Below the pieces are notes generated by a model that was not told where the DNA came from, did no database searches, and saw only the letters and a program-made list of their open reading frames with translations. Positions 49,304-62,764 of a stretch of 64,000 nucleotides of DNA are shown in pieces. The position numbers were made by a program, and so were the translations under genes. The stretch is from Eledone cirrhosa (taxonomy: Eukaryota). The stretch lies in contig OZ024742.1 of NCBI GenBank assembly GCA_964016885.1, positions 41,664,001 to 41,728,000 on the forward strand. Reading direction: 5' to 3'. Every line of letters starts with the position of its first letter. Positions within the stretch are counted from its first letter, which is position 1.

Positions 49304-49750
49304 CAATAAAAAATTATTACAACACTTCATTTGTTATTTGCTCTAACTTTCTACCAAATAAATGATAACATTGACACATGTAAATCTTCATTTAGTTCCA
49401 TTACCATATTGTAGAACATTCAGTAAAGACAGTTAAAGAAAATCTTCTGCTTATATTTTCTGAGATAAAACAATAAACATATTGTAGTATGACAACACAA
49501 TTGTTGTCAATTTTCTGTCCTGTTCTGGAAAATTCTTCTTCACCCACTTATTCAGGTGTGGAAACTAAACTTGCTATTTTCAATTCTGTATTCATGCCAA
49601 CACTTACCTATGGTCATGAATCTAGAGTTATGAATGAAAGAATATGATAGCGAATACAAGCAGATGAAATGGAGTTCCTCTGAAGGGTTTTTGGAGTAAC
49701 GTTACTCAATAGAGTGTGTAGCCCAAAGATCAGAGAGTTGCTGGGAAATT

Positions 49751-50977
49751 CTATTCTTTTGATGTTTGGTTTTCATGAAACTTTTGCTTGTGATTAGCCA
49801 AACTCCTTTTCTCAGAGTAAGATTTACCACAAATGTTACAATGATATGGTTTCACACCTGTGTGAACAGATCTGTGACGGTTTAAACTCTGCTTATCAGC
49901 ATATGATTTACCACAAATATCACAAATATATGGTCTCTCACCTGTGTGAATACGAACATGAATGGTTAAATGACCTTTCTGAGAGAATGTTTTACCACAG
50001 ATATCACAGTGAAATGGATTTTCACCTGTGTGAACACGTACATGTTGAGTTAAATGAACATTTTGAGCAAATGTTTTGCCACAGATATCACAGTGGTATG
50101 GTTTCTCACCTGTGTGTAAACGGATATGTTTAGTTAATCCACTACTGGTAGAGAATGTTTTACCACAGATATCACAGTGGTATGGTCTCTCACCTGTGTG
50201 GATACGAACATGTTGAGTTAAATGACCATTTGCAGAGAATGTTTTACCACAGATTTCACAATGATATGGGTTTTCACCAGTGTGTATGTGTATATGTCTA
50301 ATTAATGCACTGTTGCCAGAGAAAATTTTATCACAGATACGGCAGTGATATGGGTTGTAACTAGTGTGCATGTGCATGTGTCTAGTTAATGCATTACTAA
50401 GAGGGAATGTTTTACCACAGATATCACAATGGTATACATTATTTACTGTGTGAACTTGTTTGTGATCCATTAACTTATTCCATACAGAGAACGATTCTCC
50501 ACAAATATCACATTGATATGGTTTCTCACCTGTGTGAATACGTTTATGAACAGTCAAATTACTTCTTACAGAGAATTTTTTCCCACATGCATCACAACAG
50601 AATGGATTTTCACCTGTGTGAATACGTATATGTTCTGTTAAATGACCATTCTGAGAGAAAGCTTTACCACAAATATCACAGTGGTATGGTTTTTCACCAG
50701 TATGCAAACGTATGTGTTTATTTAATCCACTTCTGTCAGAGAATCTTTTCCCACAGACATCACAGTGGTATGGTTTTTCCCCAGTGTGTGTACGTATGTG
50801 TGTAGTTAATCCAATGCTTTCAGAGAATGTTTTACCACAGATTTCACAATGATGTGGGTTGTCACCAGTGTGCAGACGTATGTGTCTAGTTAATGCATTA
50901 TTGCGAGGGAATGTTTTGCCACAAATGTCACAGCGGTATGTTTTCTCACCTGTATGAGTATGTTTACAATTGGTCAT
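49751..50977 (-). CDS. Poly-C2H2 zinc-finger protein, 14 fingers (408 aa from first ATG)
   Basis: Uninterrupted CxxC...HxxxH array with TGEKPY-type linkers; no KRAB/BTB/SCAN domain visible; splice acceptor tttatttcag at 51156. Confidence 0.9.
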   Translation of the reverse strand: MTNCKHTHTGEKTYRCDICGKTFPRNNALTRHIRLHTGDNPHHCEICGKTFSESIGLTTHIRTHTGEKPYHCDVCGKRFSDRSGLNKHIRLHTGEKPYHCDICGKAFSQNGHLTEHIRIHTGENPFCCDACGKKFSVRSNLTVHKRIHTGEKPYQCDICGESFSVWNKLMDHKQVHTVNNVYHCDICGKTFPLSNALTRHMHMHTSYNPYHCRICDKIFSGNSALIRHIHIHTGENPYHCEICGKTFSANGHLTQHVRIHTGERPYHCDICGKTFSTSSGLTKHIRLHTGEKPYHCDICGKTFAQNVHLTQHVRVHTGENPFHCDICGKTFSQKGHLTIHVRIHTGERPYICDICGKSYADKQSLNRHRSVHTGVKPYHCNICGKSYSEKRSLANHKQKFHENQTSKE

Positions 50978-51639
50978 ATTACCTCTTTTAGAAAATGTTT
51001 TCACACTGGTATAATCTTTTTATAATTTCACACCAACTTAATCAAGGTTATAGTGAACTGTTATTTGTGTTCTTGATAATTTCTGGTTTCAAAATCTAAC
51101 AAATCTCTTGATATAACTTGAATTAACAATTACCATCTCAACGTCACCACAAACCCTGAAATAAAAAATATATGGTAGAACAGTTATGGATATGTAGTGT
51201 AAATATATGATGAGATGTGTAGGTGATGGTCATTAGAAAAGGAAATAATGGGATACAGAGATAGAAAAAGGGTTCAAAGATGGTAGCAATACTGACACTG
51301 TTGTCTTAGACATTGATGTTGTGGATTAGTGGTGGTTGTGATGTGGTTGTAGCTAGAGTGGTGTGGTGATAGAAGTGCAGGTAATGCTCGTGGATTGGTG
51401 TTGTTGGTAGTGGTGGTAGCGATGATGTTGAAGAATTTCTTTATGGATATATGTCATTCATATTTGTATTATTGTTACTCTTTCCCTGTCAACAATCTCT
51501 TGCACTACGATTTCTCTTCAAGACATATACATGAGAAGTTATTTAGCATTTAGCCTGGTGTTCATTAGTCACACCAAAACAAATGCACACATATTACATT
51601 ATTTTTATCATAATTAATGTTGGATTTATTGTGTATATT

Positions 51640-53300
51640 TCTTTTCTACATAGTAATGTTATGCTTCCACAAGTAGGTAAAAAAAAGATGCAACCCTGGC
51701 CCCAAGTGACTTAACACTAATCATCTGAAAATTTCAGAAATAAGGGAGCAACCCCACCAGAGCATCTCCAGCAATTTGAATCAAGTCAAAACTGCCTCCT
51801 TAGACCAACATTGACAGTCTTTAAGAGATGTTCTGTACGAAACCACCAAGAAGGCTGTTGGCTCCCCAAAAAAGACTGATTTGATAAAAACAACCTCATC
51901 ATTACATAGAAACATGACAGCTTCCAGGTAGTTCATAGAGATTATTATCTGCAAAACTGCCAATGATACAGAACCTGTAGAAACAAAATGTGAAACAAAG
52001 CTGCACTGTATGCAGAACCAGTGGTGGCTTGACCATGCACATAAAATTAAATGACATGTGGAATGCCATGATTCAAAGAGTTTCTTTCAAGCTGTAAAAT
52101 TTGTCACACAGCATTGGATATTAGGGCTGACACCTATCAATGATTCAGGATGACAGCCTCAAGCATTAGAAGGAACATTTCAGTACACTGTTGGACCAAC
52201 CAAACAGCACCAACCCAAATTTACTTGAAGATATTCCTCAGAATTGGAAGATCTACCAACAGCCAAGAAGCTCTCAAAAGCTCTTAAACAGCTCTCAAGC
52301 AACAAAGCTCCTGGAAGTCCTAAAAGCAGGTGGCCATGATTTCACAGAACTGCTGAAACTTCTCCATTCTATTTTGCAGGAAGAATGAGTGCCACAAAAT
52401 TTCAAGGTTTAAGACATTATTACTCTTTATAAAAAGAGTTGTCGCTTCCCTTTTAAGAACCACAGAGGCATCACTCTATTAGTCATCACAGGGAAACTCT
52501 TTGAGAAGATAATCCAGAATCGAATTTCTTCCAGAAGTATAGTGCAGGTTCAAGGGAAACAGTTCCACCAACAATATGATGGTCATCTTCTTGAGAAGTA
52601 CTGTGAACAGCACATCATCTTTGTGGACCTGGTATAGGCTTTTAATACAGTTAACAGGAACATCATGTAGCACCTGCTGCTCAAAATTGGAATTGGTCAA
52701 TGTCATCAGAAGCTTCCATTAGCAGTGAGCTCACAGAGGAATATGAAGTATCAACTTGTCTTTGCCAGGATTGCATTCTTGCACCAACACTGTTTGTGCT
52801 ATTTTTCACCTTTGTCTTGTGTCATGCACACAAAACCATGCCAAACTTCAGCATTGATATGTGCTACAAGCTTGATGGCAACCACTTCAACTCATGTCCC
52901 CTTAAAATCAACTAGCACATCAAAATGAGGTACCTTCTTATAGACACAACCATGGCTACATCAAATGCATGCTCTCTGCAAAAAGTAGCCACTGCTTTGA
53001 ATAATTCCCGTAAAGGATGGGAGCTGACAATTAGCAAGTCGAAAACAGAGGTCATGCATGTTGACTGTGTGAACCCACCACCAATCAAGATTGATGATTT
53101 CACTCCTAAATGTGCCAAAAATTTCACCTACCTTGGAAAAGTTGTCTGGTGATTTGGCCATAAATTCATAGATTAAGTGCAGAATATCTCGTGGTGCTGT
53201 TGCTTTCCACTCCCTTAACGCCAGAGTGTAGAATTGCAAAGACTTATCAGTTGCAACAAAAAAAAAAAAAAAAAAATAAGGTTGAAAATGTGGACGTTCC
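51640..53300 (+). mobile_element. Heavily decayed RTE/BovB-like LINE
   Basis: Remnants QWWLD, DSKSFFQAVK, TLYKK, NHRGITLL, CQDCILAPTLF, LTISKSKTEVM, FTYLG. Confidence 0.8.
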
Positions 53301-55424
53301 AACGTAAATGAGCCTAATAATAGTCGATCACTACAATAATTGAGAAAATCAAGTGAAGTACCCCTGTAGACTGAAAAAATGGACAGAAGCGCCTATGGAC
53401 AACGCATCTCTCTGATGCCGAGCGAGGGCCTTATGCCACCAATTCTGTCTGTTTAGAATATTTTAAGCCTGTAGCTAGAAGAGTATACAAAGCGGTTGAC
53501 TTAGGAAGCATTGGGAAAATTTGAAATTATACGAGAAAGAAAAAGACTTAAAGACGTGGTCACATTTACTGAGGATGTGCAAAATATAAGACTCACTACT
53601 AACTGATTTGGTTGAAATGGCACTCATTTGACAAAGACAGAATAATATAAGAGAGGGACATTAGGACAATGTCACAATTAATAACAAATACCTCAATGGT
53701 GCCATGAATAGTGGTAGTAAATAATTTATAAAATTCAACATTACTAGTGTTTGCTTTTCATGAATGTAAAGAACAGCTCACCATCAATATATACAGTAGA
53801 GATGTTTACATGAGAAATATTAAAACATATTTAACAACAGATCGATTTACTGTGTGTCTTCCTCACTATTTAGTGAAATAATATTGAGAGATGAATGGAT
53901 CTGTCAATTTTAACAGACATAAAACATTTATATAGCCACAGTAAATAAACGTACATAATAACTTTTGTGTAAACGTAAATAATCGAACAACCAGCCGTAT
54001 TTTCGTAGAACAACTTTATTTGCAGTTATCTTCTCTTGTGTTATCCAATAATCCAGAAATATTGTGTACGTAAAATCAATTTGTATAGTTAGTTCTGTAA
54101 ATATATCTACGAGTACACAGCCTATAGGAAGAGGCCCTATAGTTTTACCTTTAGATTGATGCCTCATATGGAACGTTACTGTCAGAGACTCTTTCGTTCC
54201 TTCTCATATCCTAGATGCGGCAGAGGATATGGAGGCTACTGCACCCATAGCCGAAGGGAATAAACTACATCTTTTTCAGTCTGTAGCATTCGAAAGGTTC
54301 GGAGGAGGTAATATACCTACAAAGCGATTATTGTCCTTGTTGACGGCACATATTGAAGTGGTAGTGAGGGTGTTTGGCTATTCCAGCACCTTTGTCTAGC
54401 CGTTAGTTACTGTAATGCCGTATCTGTCTTGACATGTCTGAAGCGTTTTTAAGGAGAAACCCCAACTTACCCTGTTGTAAAGTGTAATTGAGTGTTTATG
54501 CATTCCCTCGTTTTCTTTTTATACTTTCCAACACTTTTTTTTTTTTATTTGTTCCATCTGCAAATCATAGACTTTATATAATTTAATTGAAATAAAATAT
54601 GTTGGTATGATTAGTTTATTGAATACATGTAGTAAATTATTTGAATTCCTAAAAGAAAATATTTAAAATCATTTCATTGAAAATAAACTCTTATGAATTC
54701 ATTAGCTTGTCTTTCTACTAAGTCACACTCTAACTACTTACTTAAAAGAAATAGATAGTGATAACACTATATATATATTCTCTACATTGATAGAGCAAGA
54801 CTATTGGATTCTGTTAATTACAACAAATTCGTATATATAATGACATCTTATGAGGATTGATCAAAGAATATAATATTTAAGAAAATTCCTCTCCAGCTGC
54901 CCCAGCCATGGGTGGTGTCCTAAAGGGAATATTTGGGCCCAGTTCTCTTTCTCATTTATATCACCAGTTATAAGACCAACCTAAAATCATATATAGACAA
55001 TGCTTAATTATACATTTCAAATTCTATTGTCTATAATTTATTTTAGTCAAAATTACCTCCCATTAAAGTTACATATTTCACAGCAAATCATCCATCTTCC
55101 AAATAAACAAAGTTACAACTGCAGAAATAAGTGATAAAATAGCCTTTCCAGATTATTTATTGCAATTTCAATTGAAAGACTTCAGTCACAAAATCCAACT
55201 GTCAATTGTTCATAACATCAAAATAGTGACAAATGTCTGCGTAACCAAACTGGGTATTAAAGTTAATCCAAAGTAAATCAGTGCAGAAGATCACAAATTT
55301 ATATAACATTCAATAATAAATTATTACAACATTTCATTTGTTATTTACACTAACTTTCTACCAGATATATGGTAACACTGAGACATGTAAATCTTCATCC
55401 AGTTCCATTCAATCAATAGGTCAC

Positions 55425-55725
55425 ACTACTTGCACGAATCCCTATGACTCTTTTATCACCATCCAATTCTGTTGTTCATTATATTCAGCAAGTCAGAAGG
55501 TCTGCAGTTTATGTTGTTACAAATCTGACTATGTTCTTTAATGATGTCTGATACTGGGCGAAGGTTCCCATACAATCGCTCATTGGCCAGATGATCTCTC
55601 CAAATGACACTGAAAGCCACTCTTAGCATGCAAGTGTCAACTCCATCCAATCATCTTTCCAATTTTGAGGTAAGGATCTATGCTTAGCAGCCATACAATA
55701 GAATAGAGGTAACAGTTCAATTACT
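55425..55725 (-). mobile_element. RTE LINE C-terminal fragment
   Basis: LDGVDTCMLRVAFSVIWRDHLANERLYGNLRPVS; interrupts a segment shared with the paralogous region at 49300-49530. Confidence 0.7.
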
Positions 55726-55914
55726 ATGTTGTAGAGCATTCTGTAATGACAGTTAAAGAAAATCTCCAGCTTATGAGCTAAAACGACATAGATATTGCTA
55801 GTATAACAACACATCTGTTGTAAATTTTCGGTCCTGTTCTAGAAAATTTCATTATATCAAGTCGCACATAAATTTTATTGTGGTTTCTTGAAGTAATAAT
55901 TTATAGAAATTCTT

Positions 55915-56236
<322 letters not shown>

Positions 56237-57865
56237 CTAACCAGTGTGAATACGTACATGTTGAATTAATTCGTCTCTCTGAGAGAACGTCTTACCACAG
56301 ATATCACAGTTGCATGGATTCTGAACTGTGTGAACTCGTTTGTGAATATTCAACTTATTACCTACAGAGAAGGTTTCCCCACAGACATCACATTGGTATG
56401 GTTTCTCACCTGTGTGGATACGCTTATGAACAGTTAAATTACTTCTGTCAGAGAATGTTTTCCCACACATATCACAGTGGTATGGTTTCTCACCTGTGTG
56501 GATACGCTTATGAACATTCATACTACGCCTTTCAGAGAATGCTTTCCCACAGGTATCACAATGGTATGGTTTCTCACCGGTATGAATACGTACATGATCA
56601 GTTAAATGACTTTTCCGAGAGAATGTTTTATCACAGATATCACAGTGGTGTGGTTTCTCTCCTGTATGCATACGTATGTGTTGAGTTAATTGAACAGTTT
56701 GAGAGAAAGTTTTACCACAGATGTCACAGTGGTGTGGTTTCTCATCTGTGTGACTGTGTATGTGTGTAGATAATGTACTATTGTCAGTGAATGTTATTCC
56801 ACAGATATCACAATGGAATGGACTCTCATCTGTGTGAACCTGTTTATGAATAATTAACCTATTACCTACAGAGAAAGTTTCCCCACAGATATCACAGATG
56901 AATGGTTTCTCACGAATATGGATACGTTTATGAACAGTCAAATTACTTCCTACAGAGAATGTTTTCCCACAGGTATCACATTGGTATGGTTTCTCACCTG
57001 TGTGGATACGTTTATGAACATTCATAGTACGCCTTTCAGAGAATGATTTTCCACACACATCGCATTGGTATGGTTTCTCACCAGTGTGGATACGTACATG
57101 TTCTGTTAAATGATGTTTGCGAAAGAATGTTTTACCACAAGTATTACAGTGGAATGATTTTCCTCCAGTGAGATCGTGTTTGTGTGTAATTAATCTACTA
57201 TTGTTAGAGAATGTCTTCCTATAGACATCACATTGGGATAGTTTCTCTCCTGTTTGAACTTGTTTATGAATAGTAAGCTTTTTATATTCGGAGAATGTTT
57301 CCCCACACACATCACAGTGGAATGGTTTCTCATCATCATGGGTGCATACATGTTGAATTAAATTACTTTTCCAAGAAAATGTTTTCCTACAAATATCACA
57401 GTTGAATTGTTTCTCACTATTGTGGGTATGTACATGTCCAGTTAAATGGCTTTTCCGAGAGAATGTTTTACCACACACATCACAGTGGTATGGTTTTTCA
57501 CCAGTGTGCATACGTTTGTGTCTAGTTAATGAACTATTGTCAGGAAATGTTTTTACACAGACATCACAATAGTAAGGTATATCTCCTGTGTGTACTCGTT
57601 TGTGAATAGTTAACTTATTACATTTGGGAAAAGTTTCTCCACAGATATCACATTGATATGATTTCTCTCCTGTGTGAATACGTTTGTGAACAGTCAAATT
57701 ACTTCTTAGAGAGAATGCTTCTCCACATACATCACATTGGTATGGTTTCTCACCAGTGTGGATACGTACATGCTCAGTTGCATGACTTTTCCGAGAGAAG
57801 GTTTTGCTACAGATATCACAATTGAATGGCTTCTCACCAGTGTGAGTAAGTTCAAAATCTGTCAT
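56237..57865 (-). CDS. Poly-C2H2 zinc-finger protein, 19 finger repeats (17 intact)
   Basis: 542-aa ORF of tandem C2H2 fingers; repeats 7 and 8 have lost ligands; splice acceptor at 58069. Confidence 0.88.
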   Translation of the reverse strand: MTDFELTHTGEKPFNCDICSKTFSRKSHATEHVRIHTGEKPYQCDVCGEAFSLRSNLTVHKRIHTGEKSYQCDICGETFPKCNKLTIHKRVHTGDIPYYCDVCVKTFPDNSSLTRHKRMHTGEKPYHCDVCGKTFSRKSHLTGHVHTHNSEKQFNCDICRKTFSWKSNLIQHVCTHDDEKPFHCDVCGETFSEYKKLTIHKQVQTGEKLSQCDVYRKTFSNNSRLITHKHDLTGGKSFHCNTCGKTFFRKHHLTEHVRIHTGEKPYQCDVCGKSFSERRTMNVHKRIHTGEKPYQCDTCGKTFSVGSNLTVHKRIHIREKPFICDICGETFSVGNRLIIHKQVHTDESPFHCDICGITFTDNSTLSTHIHSHTDEKPHHCDICGKTFSQTVQLTQHIRMHTGEKPHHCDICDKTFSRKSHLTDHVRIHTGEKPYHCDTCGKAFSERRSMNVHKRIHTGEKPYHCDMCGKTFSDRSNLTVHKRIHTGEKPYQCDVCGETFSVGNKLNIHKRVHTVQNPCNCDICGKTFSQRDELIQHVRIHTG

Positions 57866-58482
57866 GTTATCTTTTCAGAAAATGTTTTCCCAGAGATATC
57901 ACAGTTGTATATTTCTATAACCTCAATTAACATATCACCAACATAATCAAGGTTTATAGTGCACTGTTATTTGAGGTCTTGGTAATTTCAGGTTTCTGGT
58001 TTGAAAATCTGACAAACTTCTTGATATATCTTGAATCAACAATTACCATCTTGATGTCACCACAAACCCTGAAATAAAAAAAATATATGGTGGAAATCAT
58101 AATGAACAGTTAACATAAAGATTATTAGAGAGACAGGACTTAACTAGAGACATTGAATGTTATAATATAAAAGATCAGAAAATATCTAGAGGAAAGATAC
58201 AACAGTATGGATATGTAGTATAAATATATGATGAAATGTGTGTGTGATGGACTTTAGAAAGATGTTTATAACAGAAACAGTTAAATATAAACATATTTAG
58301 TAATCAACCAATAATGGTTGTTAAAATATACAAACTATAAACATATTTTTATTTAATTATTTTCTATTAACACATGTTTAATCGGAGATGTTACACACGA
58401 GAAACTACAAATATCGACGGGATGCAGGTGGAATTAGTTTAATGGGAATTTTTTTTAAAGTCCGTTCTACACAAGATAAACC

Positions 58483-58515
<33 letters not shown>

Positions 58516-58523
58516 CTGGGGTT

Positions 58524-58580
58524 ACCCTCGAAAAGGCTTGCCGACTACAAGCCGAAACCGCTATACGTTGTGGTAGGGGT
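58524..58580 (+). ncRNA. Hammerhead-like motif with U3-A8 core, GUA site
   Basis: CCC-TCGAAAA-GGCTTG ccgacta CAAGCC-GAA-ACCGC tatacgtt GTGGT-A-GGG, beside a (TG)n(TA)n tract. Confidence 0.68.
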
Positions 58581-59354
58581 TTAATCTTTCTTTATACCCA
58601 GACTATTTCCTCCCGTGCATCGAGTACTACCCGATTTGTGGTCTCCCCGGCAGCGTAGACTTTATATATATAGACTATATATTGAGATAAAAATTTACTG
58701 TGGAAGTCCAAAATATATGGAGACTAACTACAAATTGATTTGGTTGAAATGGCACTCAACTGACAAAAAGAGAATAACAATGGAGGGAAACATTAGAACA
58801 ATGTCACAATTAATAACAAATACCTCAATGTCACCATGAATAGTGGTGGTAAATAGTTTGTAAAATTCAACATTACTGGTGTTTACAATTTGTAACGAAC
58901 AGCTCACCATCAATAGACTGGGTTGCTGTTACTGTAGAGATGTTAACATTAGAAATACTAAAACAACATATTTTAATAACATATCGACTTACTGTGAGTC
59001 TTCCTCACTATTTAGTGAAATAATGTTGACAGGTGAATGAATCTGTGAATGTTAACAAACAAAATATTTTTATAGCCATAGTCAATAAAACGTACATAAT
59101 AACACTGTTATGTAAACGTAAATAATCTAATAATCAGCCGTACTTTCGTAAAAAAAACTTTATTTGCAGTTATCTACATTTTGTATTGTTGTATCCAAAG
59201 ATACGGTGTACGTAAAACCACTGTTGTGCAAATATATTTATGTAGTCGATGGAAAGGAGCCTCTTGGTCTTAGCCTTTGTCCTTGGGCTAGAGATAGATG
59301 TCTGATAGGGGACGTCACTCTCAGGGACTCTTTAGTTCCTTCTCACTCTCAAAC

Positions 59355-61595
59355 CAGGGCTCCCCAAACGTTTTAGACCATCGATCCCTTATTGGAATCA
59401 TTAATCCATCATCAACCCCAGGCATGTACACAAAATAAATTAATAATAATTGTTTCTACTTTTGGCACAAGGCCAGCAATTATTCCAGTGCATTACTTGT
59501 ACTTTATTTTATCTACCCCGTAAGGATGAAAGGCAAAGTTAACCTCGGCGGGATTTGAATTTAGACCGTAAAGGGCTGCAACTCTGTGCTGCAAAGCATG
59601 GCGCCCGACCCTCTACCGATACTGCCAATCCACCGCCTAATAAATAGATAATAATTGTTTCGACTTTTGGCACAAGGCCAGCTATTACCCCAGCGCATTA
59701 CTGGTACTTTATTTTATCAACCCTGTAAGGATGAAAGGCAAAGTTAACCTCGACATAATAATTGTTTCTACTTTAGGCACAAGGCCAGCAATTACCCAGT
59801 GCTTTACTGGTACTTTATTTTATCGACCCCGTAAGGATGAAAGGTAAAGTCAACCTCGGCGGGATTTGAACTCAGATCGTAAAGGGACGTAACTATGCTG
59901 GAAAGCATGGCGTCCGACCCTCCACCGATACTGCCAATCCACCTCGACATAATAATAATAATCAAGTAGATGTGCAGTTTCCATGTACATTAGTAGGGGA
60001 AACTGCATACCAAACCCGGCTCTCAAAATACATCAGTATGGGAAACTGCGTTCCATGCCCTGCAAAAGTGTTGTTCTGTATCCCCTCGCCCTGTGAATAT
60101 GTCTCATGAAATATAAGGAAACAAAATGGAAAGACTGTCTACTGTCATAGTGTCGGAGGAGTTTCGTGACAGACAGACGATGGCAGGCAGGCGAACAAAC
60201 TGAACTTCTCAGGTCTCCATACCATACATGCGTGCTACATTTGCATTACCCCTAGTTTCGATACCAAACCCAACATCAATAATAATAATAATTGTTTCTA
60301 CTTTTGGCACAAGGCCAGCAATTACCCAGTACAAGGCCAGCAATTACCCAGTACATTACTGGTACTTTATTTTATCGACCCCGTAAGGATGAAAGGCAAA
60401 GTTAACCTCGGCGGGATTTGAACTCAGATCATAAAGGGACGTAACTCTATGCGTCAAAGCATTGCATCCGACCCTCTACCAATACTGCCAATCTAATAAT
60501 AATGAGAGAGAAACTTAATAAATAATGTAGATAATACTAAATACATTAAATATAAATCAAGATCTTTTTATTGAATTGGTTGAGATCATTAATGAGAAAA
60601 ATCTGTTGGGTGAGCATCAGAAAGGTCATTGATATTTGATTGGAGATTGGTGAGTTTTAGCCGTACGTCACCATGCTCTTCCAGATTAGGTATGTTCCTC
60701 TGCTTTGTTAGAACTGCATTTGTGTGACTAAAACCAGCTTCAACCATGTACAAACTTGGGAATGTAAGTAAAAATGGCTCAACCTCTGCACTAAGCTAGG
60801 GATACTTGGTAGCAGTATTTACATTGTTCCAATAGTCATTGAGGCTTTTACTTCCGAACAATGATTTAACTTCGAGATCCACACACATATCAATGAGTTA
60901 GTTCCTCTTCTAAGTGAGATTCAATGTCTGCATTTTCTATTTCCAAACCAAACGGGGTAGCAATCCAGTCAGGTATGTACATTTTCTTGGGGTTCTCGAA
61001 AAGTACTTTAATATCTTCCCTTAATCTTTCAAGGTGCTTCACACAAATCTCCAAATCACAGTCTGAAATCTTTTCATCTTCCAATTGCTGTAAGTTTGAA
61101 AATTATTCAAATCTTTATGAAGCCAATAAAGATTTAAATAGTCCTATTTTGACTTATTAGTATAGTTCAGACTTAAATAATTGTAACATCTTTACCTTGC
61201 AGACGTTTCTATACGTCATTAGATTTTGAATATAGGTCTGCCATATATAACAGATGGTTCTTACACATTTTCAACTCATCACATAGTAATGGGTCCACAT
61301 CTGTAAGAAACACTACACTTGAGCCATACAAGTCAAAAGGTCCTTGCAAGCTATCACCTTTTGACAACCACCTTACCTCAGTATGTAAAAGTAATTTGTT
61401 CAAAGTCTCATCATTTTTTTCACATAACATTGCAAACAGTCGCGAATTGAGAGGATGTGCTTTAATTTTATTGATTGACCTGAATTTTACAGTTCATGGC
61501 ATACTCTGAATCAGATGTTTTGAATATTGAATGGTCAACCAGAATAAAATAAAAATTAAAGTGGTCCATAAGTAAAAAAAGGTTAAGAACCACTG
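59355..61595 (-). mobile_element. Internally deleted hAT (Buster/Charlie-like) transposon
   Basis: Ends cagggctccccaaac / ggttaagaaccactg; transposase remnants LLLHTEVRWLSKG, IPDWIATPF, FPSLYMVEAGFS at ~60600-61490; absent from the paralogous site near 54210. Confidence 0.8.
59447..60494 (-). mobile_element. Four nested copies of a tRNA-type SINE (~59447-59638, 59652-59752, 59758-59944, 60288-60494)
   Basis: A-box-like tggcagtatcgg, B-box gagttcaaatcc, shared body, (ATT)n tail. Confidence 0.88.
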
Positions 61596-61654
61596 TTCTA
61601 AAATATATTTTTCAGTCAGTGACATTCCAAACATCCAGAGGAGGCAAGATACTA

Positions 61655-61990
61655 GCCGTTTTTGAAATTTCGCCTTACTGAAGTATCAGGTGATGCTAGT
61701 GAGCGTGCTTGGCTATTCCAACACCTTGACCTCACCTCACTGAAGTATCAGGTGATGCTAGTGAGCGTGCTTGGCTATTCCAACACCTTGACCTCGCTAT
61801 CACCTGGCCTTACTGAAGTATCAGGTGATGCTAGTGAGAATGTTTGGCTATTCCAATATCTTGGCCTTGCTATGATCCAGTCTAACTCGTTTATCAGATG
61901 AAGCTTGTGAGGGTATTTGGCTGCTCTAGCAACTTAGCCATGCTATCACTTGCCTTTACTGAAATATCAGGTGAAGCTTATGAGGGTGTT
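61655..61990. repeat. Tandem repeat of ~62-72 bp, about five decaying copies
   Basis: actgaagtatcaggtgatgctagtgagcgtgcttggctattccaacaccttgacctc. Confidence 0.88.
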
Positions 61991-62137
61991 TGGTCATCCA
62001 GCTCATTAACTCACTATCTCCCACAGTGTCTTGGTTTGCCTCAAAACTTTTAGAGGGAAAGACCAACATTTCTGATACATTTTATTGATTTGTTCCATCT
62101 GAAAATCGACTTTATATAATTTAATTGAAATAAAATA

Positions 62138-62458
62138 TCATCATCACCGTTTTACGTCCGTTCTTCCACGCTAGCATGGGTTAGACGGGTTGTCCTGTTG
62201 TGGGCAGTGTCTGGTCGGCTGACCATGCCTTGCTCATACAGGAACTGATTTGGCTTGATTTCTACAGCTGGATACCCTTCCTAACACCAACCTCATTTAC
62301 AGTGAGTGCTGGGTGCTTTTTCGTGGCGCCTACACGTCCACTTTACAGTGTGGGCTGGGTGCTTTTTTGCCATGGCACCTCCACGACCACCTTGCAGTGG
62401 GAGCATATTGTCTATATGCTTCAGCTTGTACCCATGGGAGGTCGGGTACTCTGTATTA
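62138..62458 (-). mobile_element. RTE LINE 3' UTR fragment
   Basis: Reverse complement of ~48968-49300. Confidence 0.9.
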
Positions 62459-62575
62459 CAAAATATATTGACATAATTAGTTTATTGAATACATGTAGTA
62501 GATTGTGTGAATTCATTATCAAAGAAAATATTTAAAATTATTTCACTGAAGATAAACTCTTATTATTAAATTGTC

Positions 62576-62764
62576 TTGGATTGGCAGTATCGGTAGAGGG
62601 TCAGACACCATGCTTTGACGCATAGAGTTACGGCCCTTTGCGGTTTGAGTTCAAATCCCGCCGAGGTTAACTTTGCCTTTCATCCTTACGGGGTTGATAA
62701 AATAAAGTACCAGTAATGCACTGAGATAATTGCTGGACTTGTGCCAACAGTAGAAACAATTATT
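62576..62764 (+). mobile_element. tRNA-type SINE
   Basis: ttggcagtatcggtagagggtc...gagttcaaatcccgccgagg...agaaacaattatta. Confidence 0.88.

Noticed and set aside
62576-62670. tRNA gene
   Set aside because: A and B boxes belong to a multi-copy SINE head; no cloverleaf.
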